This document shows, piece after piece, positions 37,283-50,800 of a DNA stretch of 64,000 nt. Position 1 is the first letter of the stretch, and every line of letters starts with the position of its first letter. This DNA is from Dipteris shenzhenensis. Lineage: Eukaryota. The translations under genes were made by a program, and so were the position numbers. Location of the stretch: the NCBI GenBank assembly GCA_047967505.1, contig CM106538.1; one strand, written 5' to 3'. Under the pieces are notes generated by a model that did not search any database, was not told the origin of the DNA, and saw nothing but the letters and a program-made list of their open reading frames with translations.

Positions 37283-38197
37283 CTATTTTCCTCTCTTTTT
37301 CCTTCTCTCTTTTATCCTCTCTTTCCTTCTCTTTTCGTCTCTCTTATCTCCTCTCTTTCCTTCTCTTTTCATCTCTTTTCTCATCTCTTTCCTTCTCTCT
37401 TTTTCTCTCTTTCCCTCCTCTCTTTTCTCCTCTCTTTCCTTCTCTCTTTTTCTCTCTTTTTCCTTCTCGCTTTTATTCTCTCTTTCCTTCTCTTTTCGTG
37501 GTAATTTTCCTCTCTTATCTCCTCTCTTTTTCTTTCTTTTTCTCCTCTCTTTTCCTCTCCTTTCTCCTCTCTTTCCTTCTCTCTTTTTCTCTCTTTTATC
37601 CTCACCTTCTCTCTCTTTTTCCTTCTCTCTTTTATCCTCTCTTTCCTTCTCTTTTCGTGGTAATTTTCCTCTCTTATCTCCTCTCTTTTTCTCTTCTTTT
37701 CTCCTCTCTTTTTCCTCTCTTTTCTTCTCTCTTTTTCTCTCTTTTATCCCCACTTTTTCTCTCTTTTTTTCCTCACTTTTCCTCCACTTTCTCCTCTCTT
37801 TCCTTCTCTCTTTTTCTCTCTTTTATCCTCACCTTTTCTCTCTTTTTCCTTCTCTCTTTTATCCTCTCTTTCCTTCTCTTTTCCTGGTAATTTTCCTCTC
37901 TTATCTCCTCTCTTTTTCTCTCTTTTTTTCTCCTTTCTTTTCCTCTATTTTCCTCTCTTTTCTACTCTCTTTCCATCTCTCTTTTTCTCTCTTTTACCCC
38001 CACTTTTTCTCTCTTTTTCTCCTCTCTTTTCCTCTCCTTTCTCCTCTCTTTTATCCCCACTTTTTCTCTCTTTTTCTCCTCTTTTCCTCTCTTTCTCTCT
38101 TTTTTTCCCCTCTCTTTTCCTCTATTTTCCTCTCTTTTCTCCTATCTTTCCTTCTCTCTTTTTCTCTCTTTTTTCTTCTTTTTTTCTTTTCTTCAGT
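37283..38197 (+). repeat. Polypyrimidine (CT-rich) tract in first intron of TnpA-like gene; inverted counterpart at ~48318-48980
   Basis: C/T low-complexity sequence with recurrent GGTAATTTTCCTCTCTTATCTCC units, lying between donor AAG|GTAAGT (36829) and acceptor TTCAG| (38197). Confidence 0.85.
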
Positions 38198-38202
38198 TCA
38201 TC

Positions 38203-39580
38203 ATGTGGCCAGGAAGCTCTTCAGCCTCACCTGATCTTCGGGGAGACCATCTTTCGGGAGTTATATAACCTTTAAGGGCACCCTCCTGGGGAGTTATACG
38301 GCTACATGACGGGTACTCTAAACACCCCTAGGAGTCGGTACTAAAAATTCTAAACCACCCCAACCCCACACCAGCTAAGATTACCTCAGTGGAGTCAAGA
38401 TAGCCTAGTCAGCTACAGAGCCGAGCCCCTTTCCCCATGCCGTCAGGAGGCCCTTCTGTATCGCAGAGCCATCGGCATACTCCCATGCAGTCGAGACTTG
38501 GTTCTTTAGCTATGAGTGGTCAGCATAGTCCCCTGCAATCGAAAGTCACTTCTCCAGCTATGAGTGGCCAGCGTACTAGCTCGACACGACATGGTAGCAG
38601 GCGTAGTAGTAGGGAGAGCGGCGGGGGATACATGGCACAGTGCTTTGGGAGGGGTAGTGGTGGGGATGTGGATGATTCAGATGATGCATACGTGCCAGAG
38701 GGTGACGGTACGATCTACTATGACATCACTCAGACAGGAGGCATCTTGATGGATGCACGGGGGAAGCACATCATGGCTTTCATGCACTCTGTAATTGCTA
38801 ACAACTACAGAGATTGTTTATTCACTACAAAGACCATCCAAAAAGATTGGCTGATGAGACCCTTGCTGCTGTTCACTCTAGGTATCCCAATCCCCCCAAT
38901 GTTTAGTTCACAGATAAATGGGCCAAGTCAAAGATTGTTATGATACATAGTAATAAAAGATCTTCGCTTAAGAGGCAGGCACTAGCGGAGATTGCCAGGC
39001 TCGAGGGAGGTCAACCACCAAGGGGCCCGCCCCACACCGCTCACAAGCGTAAGCGAAAGAAAGCAATGAAGGCATTGAAGGTGGACCCCAGTCTGCAGCA
39101 CATGGAGGCACGAAGGATCCAAATGGAGCAATATGGAAGCGTGCATTTTGGAGAAGGGGGTGTTGAATCATGGGAGGCCCAATTTGTAAGTATCGATCTC
39201 AAATTATATTGTTTATGTAGTTTATTAGGAGGTTGTTTCTTTGTACTAACCCCTCCACAAATTGTGTCATCTTGCAGCTTGATATCGTGGGCAGGTAGCC
39301 TACTCCTGTCAAGACAGCCTATCACTGCCACCATCGTAGAGGAGATACATGGAGGCACTTCTATGATGACGAGTTGATTACTGAGGAGCAATATATCTGG
39401 GCTACTGGAGCGCCCCCCCAAGTATTTGAAAGTAATTAAATAATGTCAATATTGTAAGTAAAGATTTGATTTTTCTTACATTGATACATGTTGTCCCTCG
39501 CTTACAGGGCCCTACAGAAGAAGATGAGCAAGGAGGCGCAGAAGGGGGCGAAGAAGGGAGCGAGGATGTGGAGAACTTAG
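38203..39580 (+). pseudogene. TnpA/Ptta-like accessory gene of CACTA A2 (disrupted)
   Basis: Ser-rich N-terminus, then IYYDI..YPNP..KRSSLKR..RRIQMEQYGSVHFGEGG followed by a GTAAGT donor. It parallels the family B ORF at 56810-57391 and lies inside the TIRs. Confidence 0.65.
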
Positions 39581-41124
39581 ATTAGTCGTAGAAGTAGTGC
39601 TAGCTACTCTTTTTTGTACTTAAAGCCACTGGTTTGGCTTCGTGCCTCTCTTGTATATACACTCCTCTTATTTTTTGTACTTGAAGCCACATGACATGGG
39701 TTGGCTTCGTCCTATATGTACATAGAAGCACTTTTTGAGCTATGAATTAATATACACTCTTTTCATTTTTTTGGCTTTCAATTTTCTTGTGCAACGTTCT
39801 ATCAATTAATGCCTTGTGAACTAAACGTTTTGGAGTTGTAATGTTTTATTCGGAATTGTAATCGTCGGCTATAGACGTGCTTGCAAGAGTGCTAATTAAA
39901 ATGCAATTGGCTGTAAGAATTGAATTGCACAATGTGGAAATGGGATTCTTGTAACTACATAGCATACACAACATACACAGCATTCTGTTCAAGCACACAA
40001 AATTCTGCTTTTATTAACAAAAAAAATTCTATAGAGCGTTTATCAAAGCGTCTATAAATGCGTCTATGTATACATCTCTCTGTTCAAGAGGGCATCTATT
40101 TGTGCATTTATAGATGCGTCTATAAACGCGCCTATATACGCATCTCTCTATTCTAGTAGAGCATCTATTTGCGCATCTATAAGCATGTCTGTCTGTTATA
40201 TAGGCGTACCTTTAGATGCGGGTCTGTAGACGCGCCAATAGACGTGCAAATAGACGCACTGTAATGATTTTTTTAAGTTATGGAAATGCATCTATGTGCG
40301 CGTCTGTAGGTGCTTTGTCTTGTGGTGGTAAAACACCATCCCTGAGATTTGCAGGGAGGAACGGGTCCTAATGCACCCATTCTCATGTCTCATTTCCATA
40401 ATTTTACTTGTTCAATTCATAAAACCGTGGGAAACAAAGAATACAACAAACTTCAAGCGAACTCGGGGTCATTGAATGATACATAAATGTGCACCTTAAT
40501 ATAGACGATACATAAACACAACATCATTTTTTGTTGTGGAAACAAAATCACCTAATTTTGCAGTTACAGAAGTGTTAACCTCGATATAGATGATACTAAA
40601 TACAATTGCTATTTTTTTATTTTGAGAACATTAAAAAGGTCTTGTTCTATCGGAGAATTTTACAATTGCATGAGTGTGAACGACTAATTCAAACGGGTCT
40701 CAAGTACTAATTCAAACAGACATGAAGTACCTTGCACTAGCTCAATGCCACCTAGTAGTTTGAACCACGCCTTGCATGATACTAGTTTTGTACCATACAT
40801 TAGCTTGGTAGATTGCAGTCTAACAAATGGAGTAAATGATGATCTAGAGCATTCCCAGAAAACCTTATTCTCACTAGATGCTAAGTTGAAAACTCTGAAG
40901 GTTTTTATTGAAATTTTGCAGCTTTTGAGGGAAAATAGAAATTTACAGCCTTCTATTTTCATATTCATTCAACCTTGGTTTTCAATGCCCTGATCTCAGA
41001 TGATTCAAAAGCCAGTCTTAATGGTAGATTTCCACAACCATTCTCCACCATACTTTCCTTACAGAATTCGATGCTCAAATTCACCTGCAAAATGATGGTT
41101 CACAAGCTGCCCAAGAGCCAAATT

Positions 41125-41400
41125 AAGGATGATCATCGTTGTTGCAACCAGGTCTGTCATACAGGAAAAACTGCAAACTGGGAGACGATCGTTTTCGTTG
41201 ATGATCATCGTTGTTGATGAGGCTGATGATGATCATCGTCGCGGCAACTAAATCTGTCATCCTTCGATCAAGATCCACTGGGAGACGATCGTATTCGTTG
41301 ATGATCATCGTTGCTGATGAGGCTGATGATGATCGTCGCTGCAACTAGATCCGTCATCCTTCGATCAAGACAGAAAAAGACTGCAAACTGGGAGACGATC
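41125..41400. repeat. GATGATCATCGTTG-based tandem repeats
   Basis: Repeated GGGAGACGATCG, GATGATCATCGTTG and GTCATCCTTCGATCAAGA units. Confidence 0.8.
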
Positions 41401-41510
41401 GATCTCTTGCTTGCCTCTCCTCCCTGTTATTATGCATCACCGAGCTAGAAAAGCACCTCATCATATGATGGACAAACTTCAAGCATCAGAATTTATCCGC
41501 CTCCGTGAAT

Positions 41511-43629
41511 CTAGTATTGCCATGGCCTAGTTCCCTCGGATGGCCTTCGTCTCCAGGAGAATTTGGTTTTGTCGGTTGTACACTTGCTGCTTTGATCATC
41601 TTGCCCTGTGCTGCTACTCAATCGCTCGTCGTTTTGTTCATTCAGTCTGCTTCTCCCTTCTAGATCGACAAGATATCCCATATTGCTCTTCAAACGGGTT
41701 AGCATCTTCGTGATCTCGCTCTGGCACTTCATAATCTCTTGCCTCTTAGCCTGTCGCCTGTTCAGCACTTTGAAACTAGCCCACCTATCTTCGACTGTAT
41801 CAATATTTACACCAGATAATCCTTTGCTCCCACTAAACGATTCCCGAGTAGCAATGTCGCCGGATGTATGATAGCTTGGGCAGTCTTCTTTCACGCCAAC
41901 ATTCGAGAGCTTCTTATTAGGTTTGATGATTTCGGCTTTTCCTACGGCCTGAGTCCCGATGCGTTCCAGCGGGCTTAACAAAACATTACTATATAATTGT
42001 GAGGTCGAACTCTCGGAAAGTTTAGAATCGCTTGACCTGCATCATCAAGAACTTTCAAGTTCATCATCAATCTAAGTCCAAAACTTCATGGGATACAACT
42101 CCACGATGTATCCCATGGTCTAAGTCGCGGCTATACTTATAACGTGCACGGATTTATACCGTAACATTCATGGACTCCATTTCAGGAACGTCGACAACTT
42201 GCCTACCGGAAGCAGCGCTAGAAAGAGGACTTACTTCCGGGGACTTCGGTCTCCACTGCGATCACTCCTTTCAATTCTTTTATCCCGGGCTGTGATCTCA
42301 GCGGCCAGATATTCGTCCTCCCAGCTAGACCGAGCGGTAAAGAGCTCAGACTGTTGACTCAAAGCGAGAAATTGGAATGTTAAGGAAGCCAGGAAGGAAC
42401 GTCTTCTAGCAATTTGTGCAAGTGAACTCCGCAATATCAAAAGGCTGTGAACATGAGGTAGGGATATGAGAGAAACGCAATGAGAGGAAAAATGGCACGA
42501 GTACATGGCACACCATATCGCTTATAAAGTTCACGGATGACTGGAAACATATATACCGTCGCCGGAGGATCTTCGTCAAGTTCGTCGGATTCCGCTTCTT
42601 CTCGTGCAGGCGTATCAGACAGATGTAGTAGACGCCTAATCTCATCTTCAATGTACTGGGATTCCAATCTTATTGTTGAGCTGCCGCCATGACTAAGGGC
42701 CAGATTTTCGTGTTCAAGCTCTCGTTGCAGTTTTCGAACCGTCTTCAACAAAGCACCCGTCTTTCCATCAGCCAGTTCGACCTGAAGGTACGCGTCTAAA
42801 AGTTTGTCGTACATAGAAAGCAACGAATCGTCGCCAGTCAGTTCATTCCGAATTGTGATTCTGAGACGTTCCATAACCAGAGGTGTCCTGAGATGTCGGC
42901 GACCAGGGATTAATTATTTCGGTCAAAGCATAACAGCTTACCTGATAAACTTCCAAGCATCCATTCAAGCGTTGCATTTTTCTTGAGGCGTTCATTCTGA
43001 CTTTGGAGAATTTTTCTTGCTCGGCGATCCCTTTTCCTCCGTTGATTGATTAACACATCCTTTCTTTGCATCTCTTCTTCGAGATCCGTTATCCTTGTCT
43101 CCAACTCCTACAGAAATCCATCATGAGAGAAGATATTTAAGAAGATTGCTGCTGCATGGAATATAAACGGAAAATCCTAAAGCCAAAAAACAGGCGGAGA
43201 TTAATTTGTGCCTCCACAGACGCTGGCGGCCGGTTGGAAGATAAAATGAATCGTTGATACCTTTCCTCGATTTCGTTCTTCTTCGAGCAGCCTCTGAGTC
43301 TCTCGAAGCTGTCCCCTGCAATGCTCAGCAGATTTCTCCGCTTCGGTCCGACCAGCGAGATGCGTTCGGATCTGCCTCTTAGCTTCGTTCAGTCTTTCTG
43401 CCGCTATCTGGATCTGATTTCTGCTATCCGCCTTTTCTTTTTCGTAACGCTCCTTCTCCGCCTGAGATTCCAATTTCATATCCTCCATCGTGGTCTCCAG
43501 AAAAGCGACGTACTCCAAGAGCTGGTCACTCTTTCTGACGTATTCATTTGGAAGTCGGGATTTGGGGGTCATGCTTCCCTCCGATTTATCTTGGCGTGAA
43601 GGAGGAGGAGGAGGATAATGTATGGTCAT
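41511..43629 (-). CDS. Orphan multi-exon coiled-coil gene or pseudogene of unknown function
   Basis: Exon 1 (43629-43261, 123 codons, MTIHYPPPPP..EEERNRGK) splices in frame via a GT-AG intron to exon 2 (43107-42942). Further E/K/R/L-rich ORFs lie at 42437-42874, 42231-42351 and 41511-41981. The exon 2-3 join is not in frame by simple GT-AG. Confidence 0.5.
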
Positions 43630-45809
43630 TTTGCTGTGGAGACGAGGAGGATATCTACGTGCAGTTGCGCACGAGGATTGAGTACATATTAATTTGCAGC
43701 TGATTGAGTTCAAGGAAGGTGCAGAGTGCTAGCACTGCGATTGGCAACCAAGATTCTAAGGAAGGCAGATTGCAATGAGGCGATGAGCTGATAATGGATC
43801 GTAACGAGAGGGGATTGAATCTGGGAGATAAATGGGATGTTGAGAGGCAAATTTGTGTAGGAAGACGAGTTGGGTTGGTTGATTGATTGGAAAGCGTCAC
43901 CGAAGAAGAAGAAGAAGCTCGCAGTCGCCGGCCCTAATTAGAAGTTCTACGTGATGATTCATCACGTCCGTTCGCTCAAACATGCAACCTTTCCCCTTCC
44001 ACAAACCATAATTTTTCAACCTTTCAACCCCCCTCCCCGACCTTTCACTTGGCGGGCACATAGCCTCGCGGTGAAGTTATAGAGTATCAACCACCTTCGT
44101 GTCCACACTCCGGAATTCGCAACGTCAGTTGCTCATTGACCTTTGGCTCCTTGTCCTTGCATTTTTAGCTGGGCGGACAGGCAACATGTAAGTGGCCTTT
44201 GGCTAAGTTCAAACGGGGGTGATGCAGCCCAAACCCCCTTTGGGAGGATGGCCATCATCGTGCCATACTCAAATGAGACGACCAGATGAGATATGCCAGA
44301 GATGGTCATTCATTACTTTGCATCGACCACTTCCTATACCTAATAGCTTCACGCTCACGAATATTTTTAACTTGGTGGGTGCTTGGGCAGGGACATGGTG
44401 CCGGATAGATATATCGACCATCAGACCTGAAGTGTGTCAAATTACCTTGCTCTACATACTCCCACACCCCTTTTGTAGTCATGGCAAATTGCCCAATCTG
44501 AACCCACCTTTACATGGTTTTTCATACCCCTCACCTTATCACCTTCTACTTTCACTCCACTCTCATTGTGCATCTTGCTCGGAGGAGATTCTTTGGCCTC
44601 TATGTATTGTTAGCCTTCGGAATCCAAAAACTAGAGCAAATTTTTGAAACAATCTCAACATAGCAAGCTATGAAATTGACAACCATCATCAAAGCCTCAT
44701 GAAGACTACATTACCAATAATCTCACTTGGAGCTCCCTTCGACGCAACATTGACCAAAGGAAAAATTATCACCTCCTAAAACTTTTGCAATCAATGCATT
44801 TGGCCTTCTTACATTCAGCACCTTAAGCTTATGATAGATTCACCTACATCTAATACCGACAAATGTCGAGACTCTCCCATTGTAGATTATCTTTAGTTCA
44901 TGTCTAATGAACATTCAAGATTTGTAGGTTATCAAGCCTTCCCCATGGAATATATCACAACATTGTACTATGATGCCTTTCCAAGTTAACGAACATTATC
45001 GTGGAGCAAAAGCGTCTTATCTACAAGTATCAATATATGCTCCTCTAGGACCTGATGTTATGCAGCCCCTAGATCCGTCTATAAAGAACCAGTATATACA
45101 CTGATCTAAAATTTCCCCCCAATAAAACCACCCCTCTTCACCAAGGCGTGAATATTAGCCCAATGGAGAATTGAAATTCCTTTCTAAGCTGCCTAGCACT
45201 ACAAGACACGGGACTCTTTTCGACGTTGTCTTTTGACACTTCACAGGTGTGGGCACGAAGATCATCGGTAGGTTGGCAGGCGAGAAAGTGTCGGGTGTCG
45301 ATGTAGACATCAAAATAGCAGTCGATATGGTAGTCGGTATAGGGTCGGTATATTCAGACCCCTATACCGACTACTACCAACCCTTGCACCGATGCTTTTA
45401 CTGATGCTTTCATCGACTTTTGGGTACAATTTTCCATACCGATGTTTTATAGAATGTCATTTCCAAGGGTCCCAAAATAATTTTGGACCACAAGTTTGGT
45501 CTTGAAAGATAAAAAATATAAGAGTATGTACACCAAAATTGAGACCAAAACACTCATATATTGATAGTGAACTTAACATACAAATTAATGTACAAAATGT
45601 CACTATAAAAATGTGAGGGCCAAATTACACATAAGAAGTCTCGTTGATGTCAAAACTATGAATCACTAGCATTTACATTGATGGCTTCATCTTGAGCCAA
45701 GATGAAGCCAAGTCTTCATCTTGATGAATCACTAGCATTTACATCTTGAGCCAAGTCTTGTGCACCAAATATGTCTATCTTAAGGTTTACATACAATTGA
45801 TCACCTACA

Positions 45810-47866
45810 TCATCATCTCCTATTGTATGTGTACCTAAGACTTGATCCTCTAGTTCACCGGCCTCTAGTTCTCCCTCTTCTTCCGCAAAGTCGTGATCTC
45901 CACTTCCTCCATTACAATGTCGTTATTGTCACCTTCTTCATGGCCCATATCGTCATCTTCATCCTCTACCCTAGATCCATCAACATCATTATTTGGATCT
46001 TGTACCGGCATCTTCGTATCCACATTCCTATCTTCAAAAATATATTTGCTTTGAGGAGCAATTTGGACCATGTCCCACCATCTTGGATCCAAAAGATCCA
46101 GATGAAAGACCACCTACATTGAATTTACAAAATAGGTGCTAGTAATTATATTCATTTATGCTCAATAATAAAAATGTAAATATATGAACATCTACCAATA
46201 TTTGTTTGAAAACAAAGATATTAGCTTTTCATCAATTCATTAGTGTGTACCTATACACAATGCTCTAGGAGAATAAAGGTAGCACTTTCATCCGTCTAGG
46301 GTCTGGTGGAGTCAATGGCAAAGAACCCACAGCTATCTCTCCTAATGACTAAAGCATTGGGACCATTGTAAATTGTTCTAAATCATTTGACATCAAGAAT
46401 AAAAAAACTAAATCATCTAAAATCAACTTCATAGATGTCATGTATGGTCCCACAATAAATCAACTGCAAGGAGAGAAGATTGGTATCAGAAGCACTTGCT
46501 CGGCTATTTTGTACAAAGTTAGCCATGACTCCACAATCATATGTGACTCTCCTTGAATCAATGCGTTCCACACGAAAATGCCGTCGATATGACCACAATG
46601 CACTATACTTTTTATGCTACAAAAGAACATGATTAAAACAATGAGGATGCATTTTGTAGCGATTGTGATCATAAATACCCAAATTAAGTAGAAAGGTTAA
46701 AAACTTACATATGGCATACATCCGACTGCAAGCTCCCACTCTCAATCGATTACATCCTCTCCATCATGTTCACCTTTACAAAGAGCTTTTTGCAGCCAAT
46801 CAATGGACATGTGTCTATGGAGAAGATCAAGGTCGAGTGGATATGGGACCCTCCGCCTGTGCTCTTGCCTATGCATGACTCTAAATCTTGCCCTCTCATT
46901 TATTCTTTTTGCTTTGGCCTCTTCATATCTCTCTACTCATCTTTGCATCTCGGGACTATTGAGGACATAAAACTTATTGAATTTCTCTCTTTTCTCTTCG
47001 TGCATTTCTCTTTCAACCCCTTTACCTTGGGGATTAACCTCTGCAATGACACAGTCATTGTCCTTGATGTTCCAAGCATGTAGCATATTGGGATCCATGG
47101 ATGCAAGAAACTCTGTGATGTATAATAATGACTCTTGCACATGCCATCCCTACCATGCTTACTTCGGGTCTAGCTCTTTGCCTTTAAAATCCCTTCAAGG
47201 TTTTCATAAACCGTTCAAGAAAAATCATCCAATGACTATGAATGGTTCCAAGAGGTGATTGATTTGTTACTTGCCCAATATGGAAGCTCATGAAAGATAG
47301 ATAGCTGGTCCATACTAGGAGGAGGCTCCTCACTATTAGCTCTCCAATCCCGAATCTAGTCACTTGCCTTCCTACGGACCGATGGTGGGGATCAAGTTGA
47401 CATTCACGTGAAGGATGATCAAGTGAAAGATATTGAGCATGACCTTCATAAACCATCTTCCTCATATGTTTGGAGTGTCGCGCATTCAAACTAGGGCCAC
47501 AAATAGGACAAGCATGGTACCCTTGTGTTTTAAGTCCTACATATATGCATGGATACTTAGGTCATTAAACATGCACAGATCACACCACAATAGAATCATA
47601 AAGCTATCAATAGACATGTAAAAGCACGTACCTGTGCACTCCCCAAATCCTAGATAGTCATGCATGATCCACATCAAAATAACCCTGATGCAAATGTCTG
47701 TAGCTCGCCTCGGGGCTCTAGAAATATCAAAGACACATACGCCCCTCCATAGGGTCTGCAGCTCCTTGATCAAGGGTGCCATGTACGCATCCATATTTTT
47801 GGCCTTGTACTTCTTAGCACAAGTAGGGCAAGCATGAGGTGTCCCTTCTTTATTGTTAACCATGGT
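45810..47866 (-). pseudogene. Family B TnpD, C-terminal portion (internally deleted)
   Basis: PWLTIKKGHLMLALL, YMAPLIKELQTLWRGV, MWIMHDYLGFGECTG, HSHWMIFLERFMKTLKGF, QESLLYITEFL and YDCGVMANF..YCGTIHDIYEVDF. Confidence 0.9.
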
Positions 47867-50800
47867 GCACTGTGCCATGCATCCCCCACCGCTCTCCCTG
47901 CTACTACGCCTGCTACCGTGTCGTGTCGAGCTAGTACACTAGCCACTCGTAGCTGGAGAAGCGACTCTCGACTGCACGGGACTACACTGATAGTCGTAGC
48001 TAGAGAACTGAGTCTCAACTGCACGAGAGTACACCGATGGCTCTGCGATGCAGAAGGGCCTCCTGACGGGGGGAAGGGGCTCAGCTCTATAGCCGGCTAG
48101 CCTGTCTCGACTCCACTAGGGTAATATCAGCTGGTGTGGGGTTGGGGTGGTTTGGAATCTATAGTGCCGACTCCTAGGGGGTGTTTAGAGTACCCGTCAT
48201 GTAGCCGTATAACTCCCCAGGACTGGGAGGGTGCCCCAAAACGTTATATAACTCTCGAAAGATGGTCTCACGAAGATCAGGTGAGGCTGAAGAGCTTCCT
48301 AGCCACATGATGAACTGAAGAAAAGAAAAAAAGAAGATTACTGATGAACTGAAAAAAGAGAGAAAAAGTGGGGATAAAAGAGAGAAAAAGAGAGGGAAAA
48401 AATAGAGAAAAAAAGAGAAAAAGTAGGGATAAAAGAAAGAAAAAGAGAGAAGGAAAGAGAGGAGAAAAGAAAGGAAAATAGAGGAGAAAAAAAGAGAGAA
48501 AAAGTGGGGATAAAAGAGAGGAGAAATGAGAGGAAAAGAGAGGAAAAAAAGAGAGAAAAAGTGGGGATAAAAGAGAGAAAAAGAGAGAAGGAAAGAGAGG
48601 AGAAAAGAGAGGAAAATAGAGGAGAAAAAAAGCGAGGAGAAAAAAAGAGAGAAAAAGAAAGGATATAAGAGAGGAAAATTACCACGAAAAGAGAAGGGAA
48701 AAGAGAGAAAAGGTGAGGATAAAAGAGAGAGAAAGAGAAAGAAAGAGAGCAAAAAGGAGAGGAAAAGAGAGGAAAAAGAGAGAGAAAAAGAGAGGAGATA
48801 AGAGAGGAAAATTACCACGAAAAGGGAAGGAAAGAGAGAATAAAAGAGAGAAGGAAAAAGAGAGAAAAAGAGAGAAGGAAAGAGAGGAGAAAAGAGAGGA
48901 GGGAAAGAGAGAGAAAGAGAGAAGAAAAGAGATGAGAAAAGAGACGAAAAGAGAAGGAAAGAGAGGAGATAAGAGAGAATCACTTTTCTTCATTCATGCA
49001 ATCACTTATTTCCATCATTCAATATGCAATCCTTTTCTTGGAAGTGGAAGGAGAAGGGGAAGGGAAGGAAAACAAAGAAATCTAAGACTGTTCAAACGCG
49101 TCTATATCCATGTCTAATAGTGTGTCTATAGGCGCGGCTATCTGTTTCCAAATACAGATGTGTCTATAGACATGCTCCGACAGACAAACTTTTTTTAGAA
49201 CTTGAAAAGGACATGCACCCGACACAAAAAAACAACACTAGTACCAAAAACATTTGTTCCCTGCATACGACAAAGGACGAATCCAAAGAGAGCAACTTCG
49301 AAAGAAGATCAACCACCAAGAGACTTACCTTGGATAGAGGTATGGAAGCTTCTTGTCCTTCTTCAAAGCTGCTTCTCTTGTTTGTTCACCCTCTGCTTCT
49401 ATTTCTTCTCTTCCTTGTTCACCCTCTTCTCTTGTGTGCTTGGGGATGATTGTGTAAGCTTAGAGATGAGTGTGGGTGCTTCGAGATAAGTGTGGATGCC
49501 CGAAGCTATGTCTGTGAATAGCAAAGCAAGCCGCGTGACATTAAAAGTATGTAAAGAAAAGCAAGCGCGCTAAAAGTAGGTTTGAAAATCCACTCGTAGT
49601 CTACACATCTATATGCGCGTCTAAAAGCACATCTAAACGTGCATCTATCAACACATCTACAGTACGTTTTAGATGCGCCTATAGACGTGCACCATAGTAT
49701 AGACGCGCTTTTAGACGTGCCACAAAGTTTTTAACATTTACAACTCATGCAAGAGCAAATTTTTTGGGTTGTTTATTTATAGGCTGTCTTCATCTTCAAC
49801 AAGTAGCTCCAGTGAGCCTTGAATCCCTCCCTATCCACCATCGCGAAATATGATTGGGGCAAAAAATCAAATGTATGTGTGATCGATGTCGAGGAAACAT
49901 GTATTGTGCACCCAGAATTACACTCAATCACATCTCAAAGTATGGAGAATGGGATCCGACCATAAATATGATAAGTGTTAAAGAGTTAAGGTTGATTGAG
50001 ATACTTATGGGTGTTTATGTGTTTGAGTTATGATCCCGTTTTAATTTGATACAGGATGCAGTGCCACACCTATATATGTTGTCCTACACTCATCGTGAGG
50101 AGAAGCATCGGCGATATGAGGTGGGATCTTCAGTAGGGACCGTTATAGATGCATGGAGTGATGATGATAGTAGCCCTCCACCATTACCTCATGAGGCCGT
50201 GGAGGAGGAGGTGTTTGATGATATGGTGCAGGATTTATATGTCCATCAATCTGAAGGGAGGGATGATAGCATGGAGCAGGATGATCTTTTTACCGCAACA
50301 TCGACTCCACTGTTTGAGGGGCGCACATTCTCTGTTCTACATGCCTCCCTTGAGTTACTAAACTTGCAGACCATCTATGGATGGAGCAATGCAAGGTTGA
50401 ATGCATTACTCAAGTAAGCTTTAAAGTCTATTTTGCAAACATGGTGAATTATGCTAGTGGGTCAATTACTCGAATGCTTTTCCTCATTTATGGTCTTCAC
50501 GTGCAGGCTATTATGTAAAATGCTTCCAAGGGAGAATAAATTACCGACCTCAAGAGATATGGCAAGGCAACATGTGACCTCTCTTAGAGGATTAGATTAC
50601 AAGCACATCCATGCATGCGTCAATGATTGCATTCTGTTTCGTGGACCACATAAGGCTACTTGTTTAGAGGCAAGATATAGAGCAGATCTCAAAACTTTGG
50701 ATGTGCCTTGTAAGGTTCTGCAAGATTTTCCCATAATCCCCTGCATCCAACATATGTTCAAGTGCAAATCCATTACAGAGCTCATGTCATGGCATTGATC

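Larger units (their letters stand above)
31789..40327. mobile_element. Complete CACTA/En-Spm element, family A copy A2 (8.5 kb)
   Basis: TIRs CACAACAACACAAAGCAACTATAGACG and (rc) CACCACAAGACAAAGCACCTACAGACG, a 3-bp TSD GTA on both sides, and subterminal TAGACG/CGTCTA arrays. Confidence 0.95.

Noticed and set aside
37239-38234. 331-aa Phe/Leu/Ser 'membrane' ORF and counterparts at 48174-49117
   Set aside because: These are translations of the CT-rich intron tract.
38851-48350. CTGATGA cores as hammerhead ribozymes/retrozymes (38851, ~41223, ~41314, 48341)
   Set aside because: No correctly placed GAAA core with supporting stems was found.
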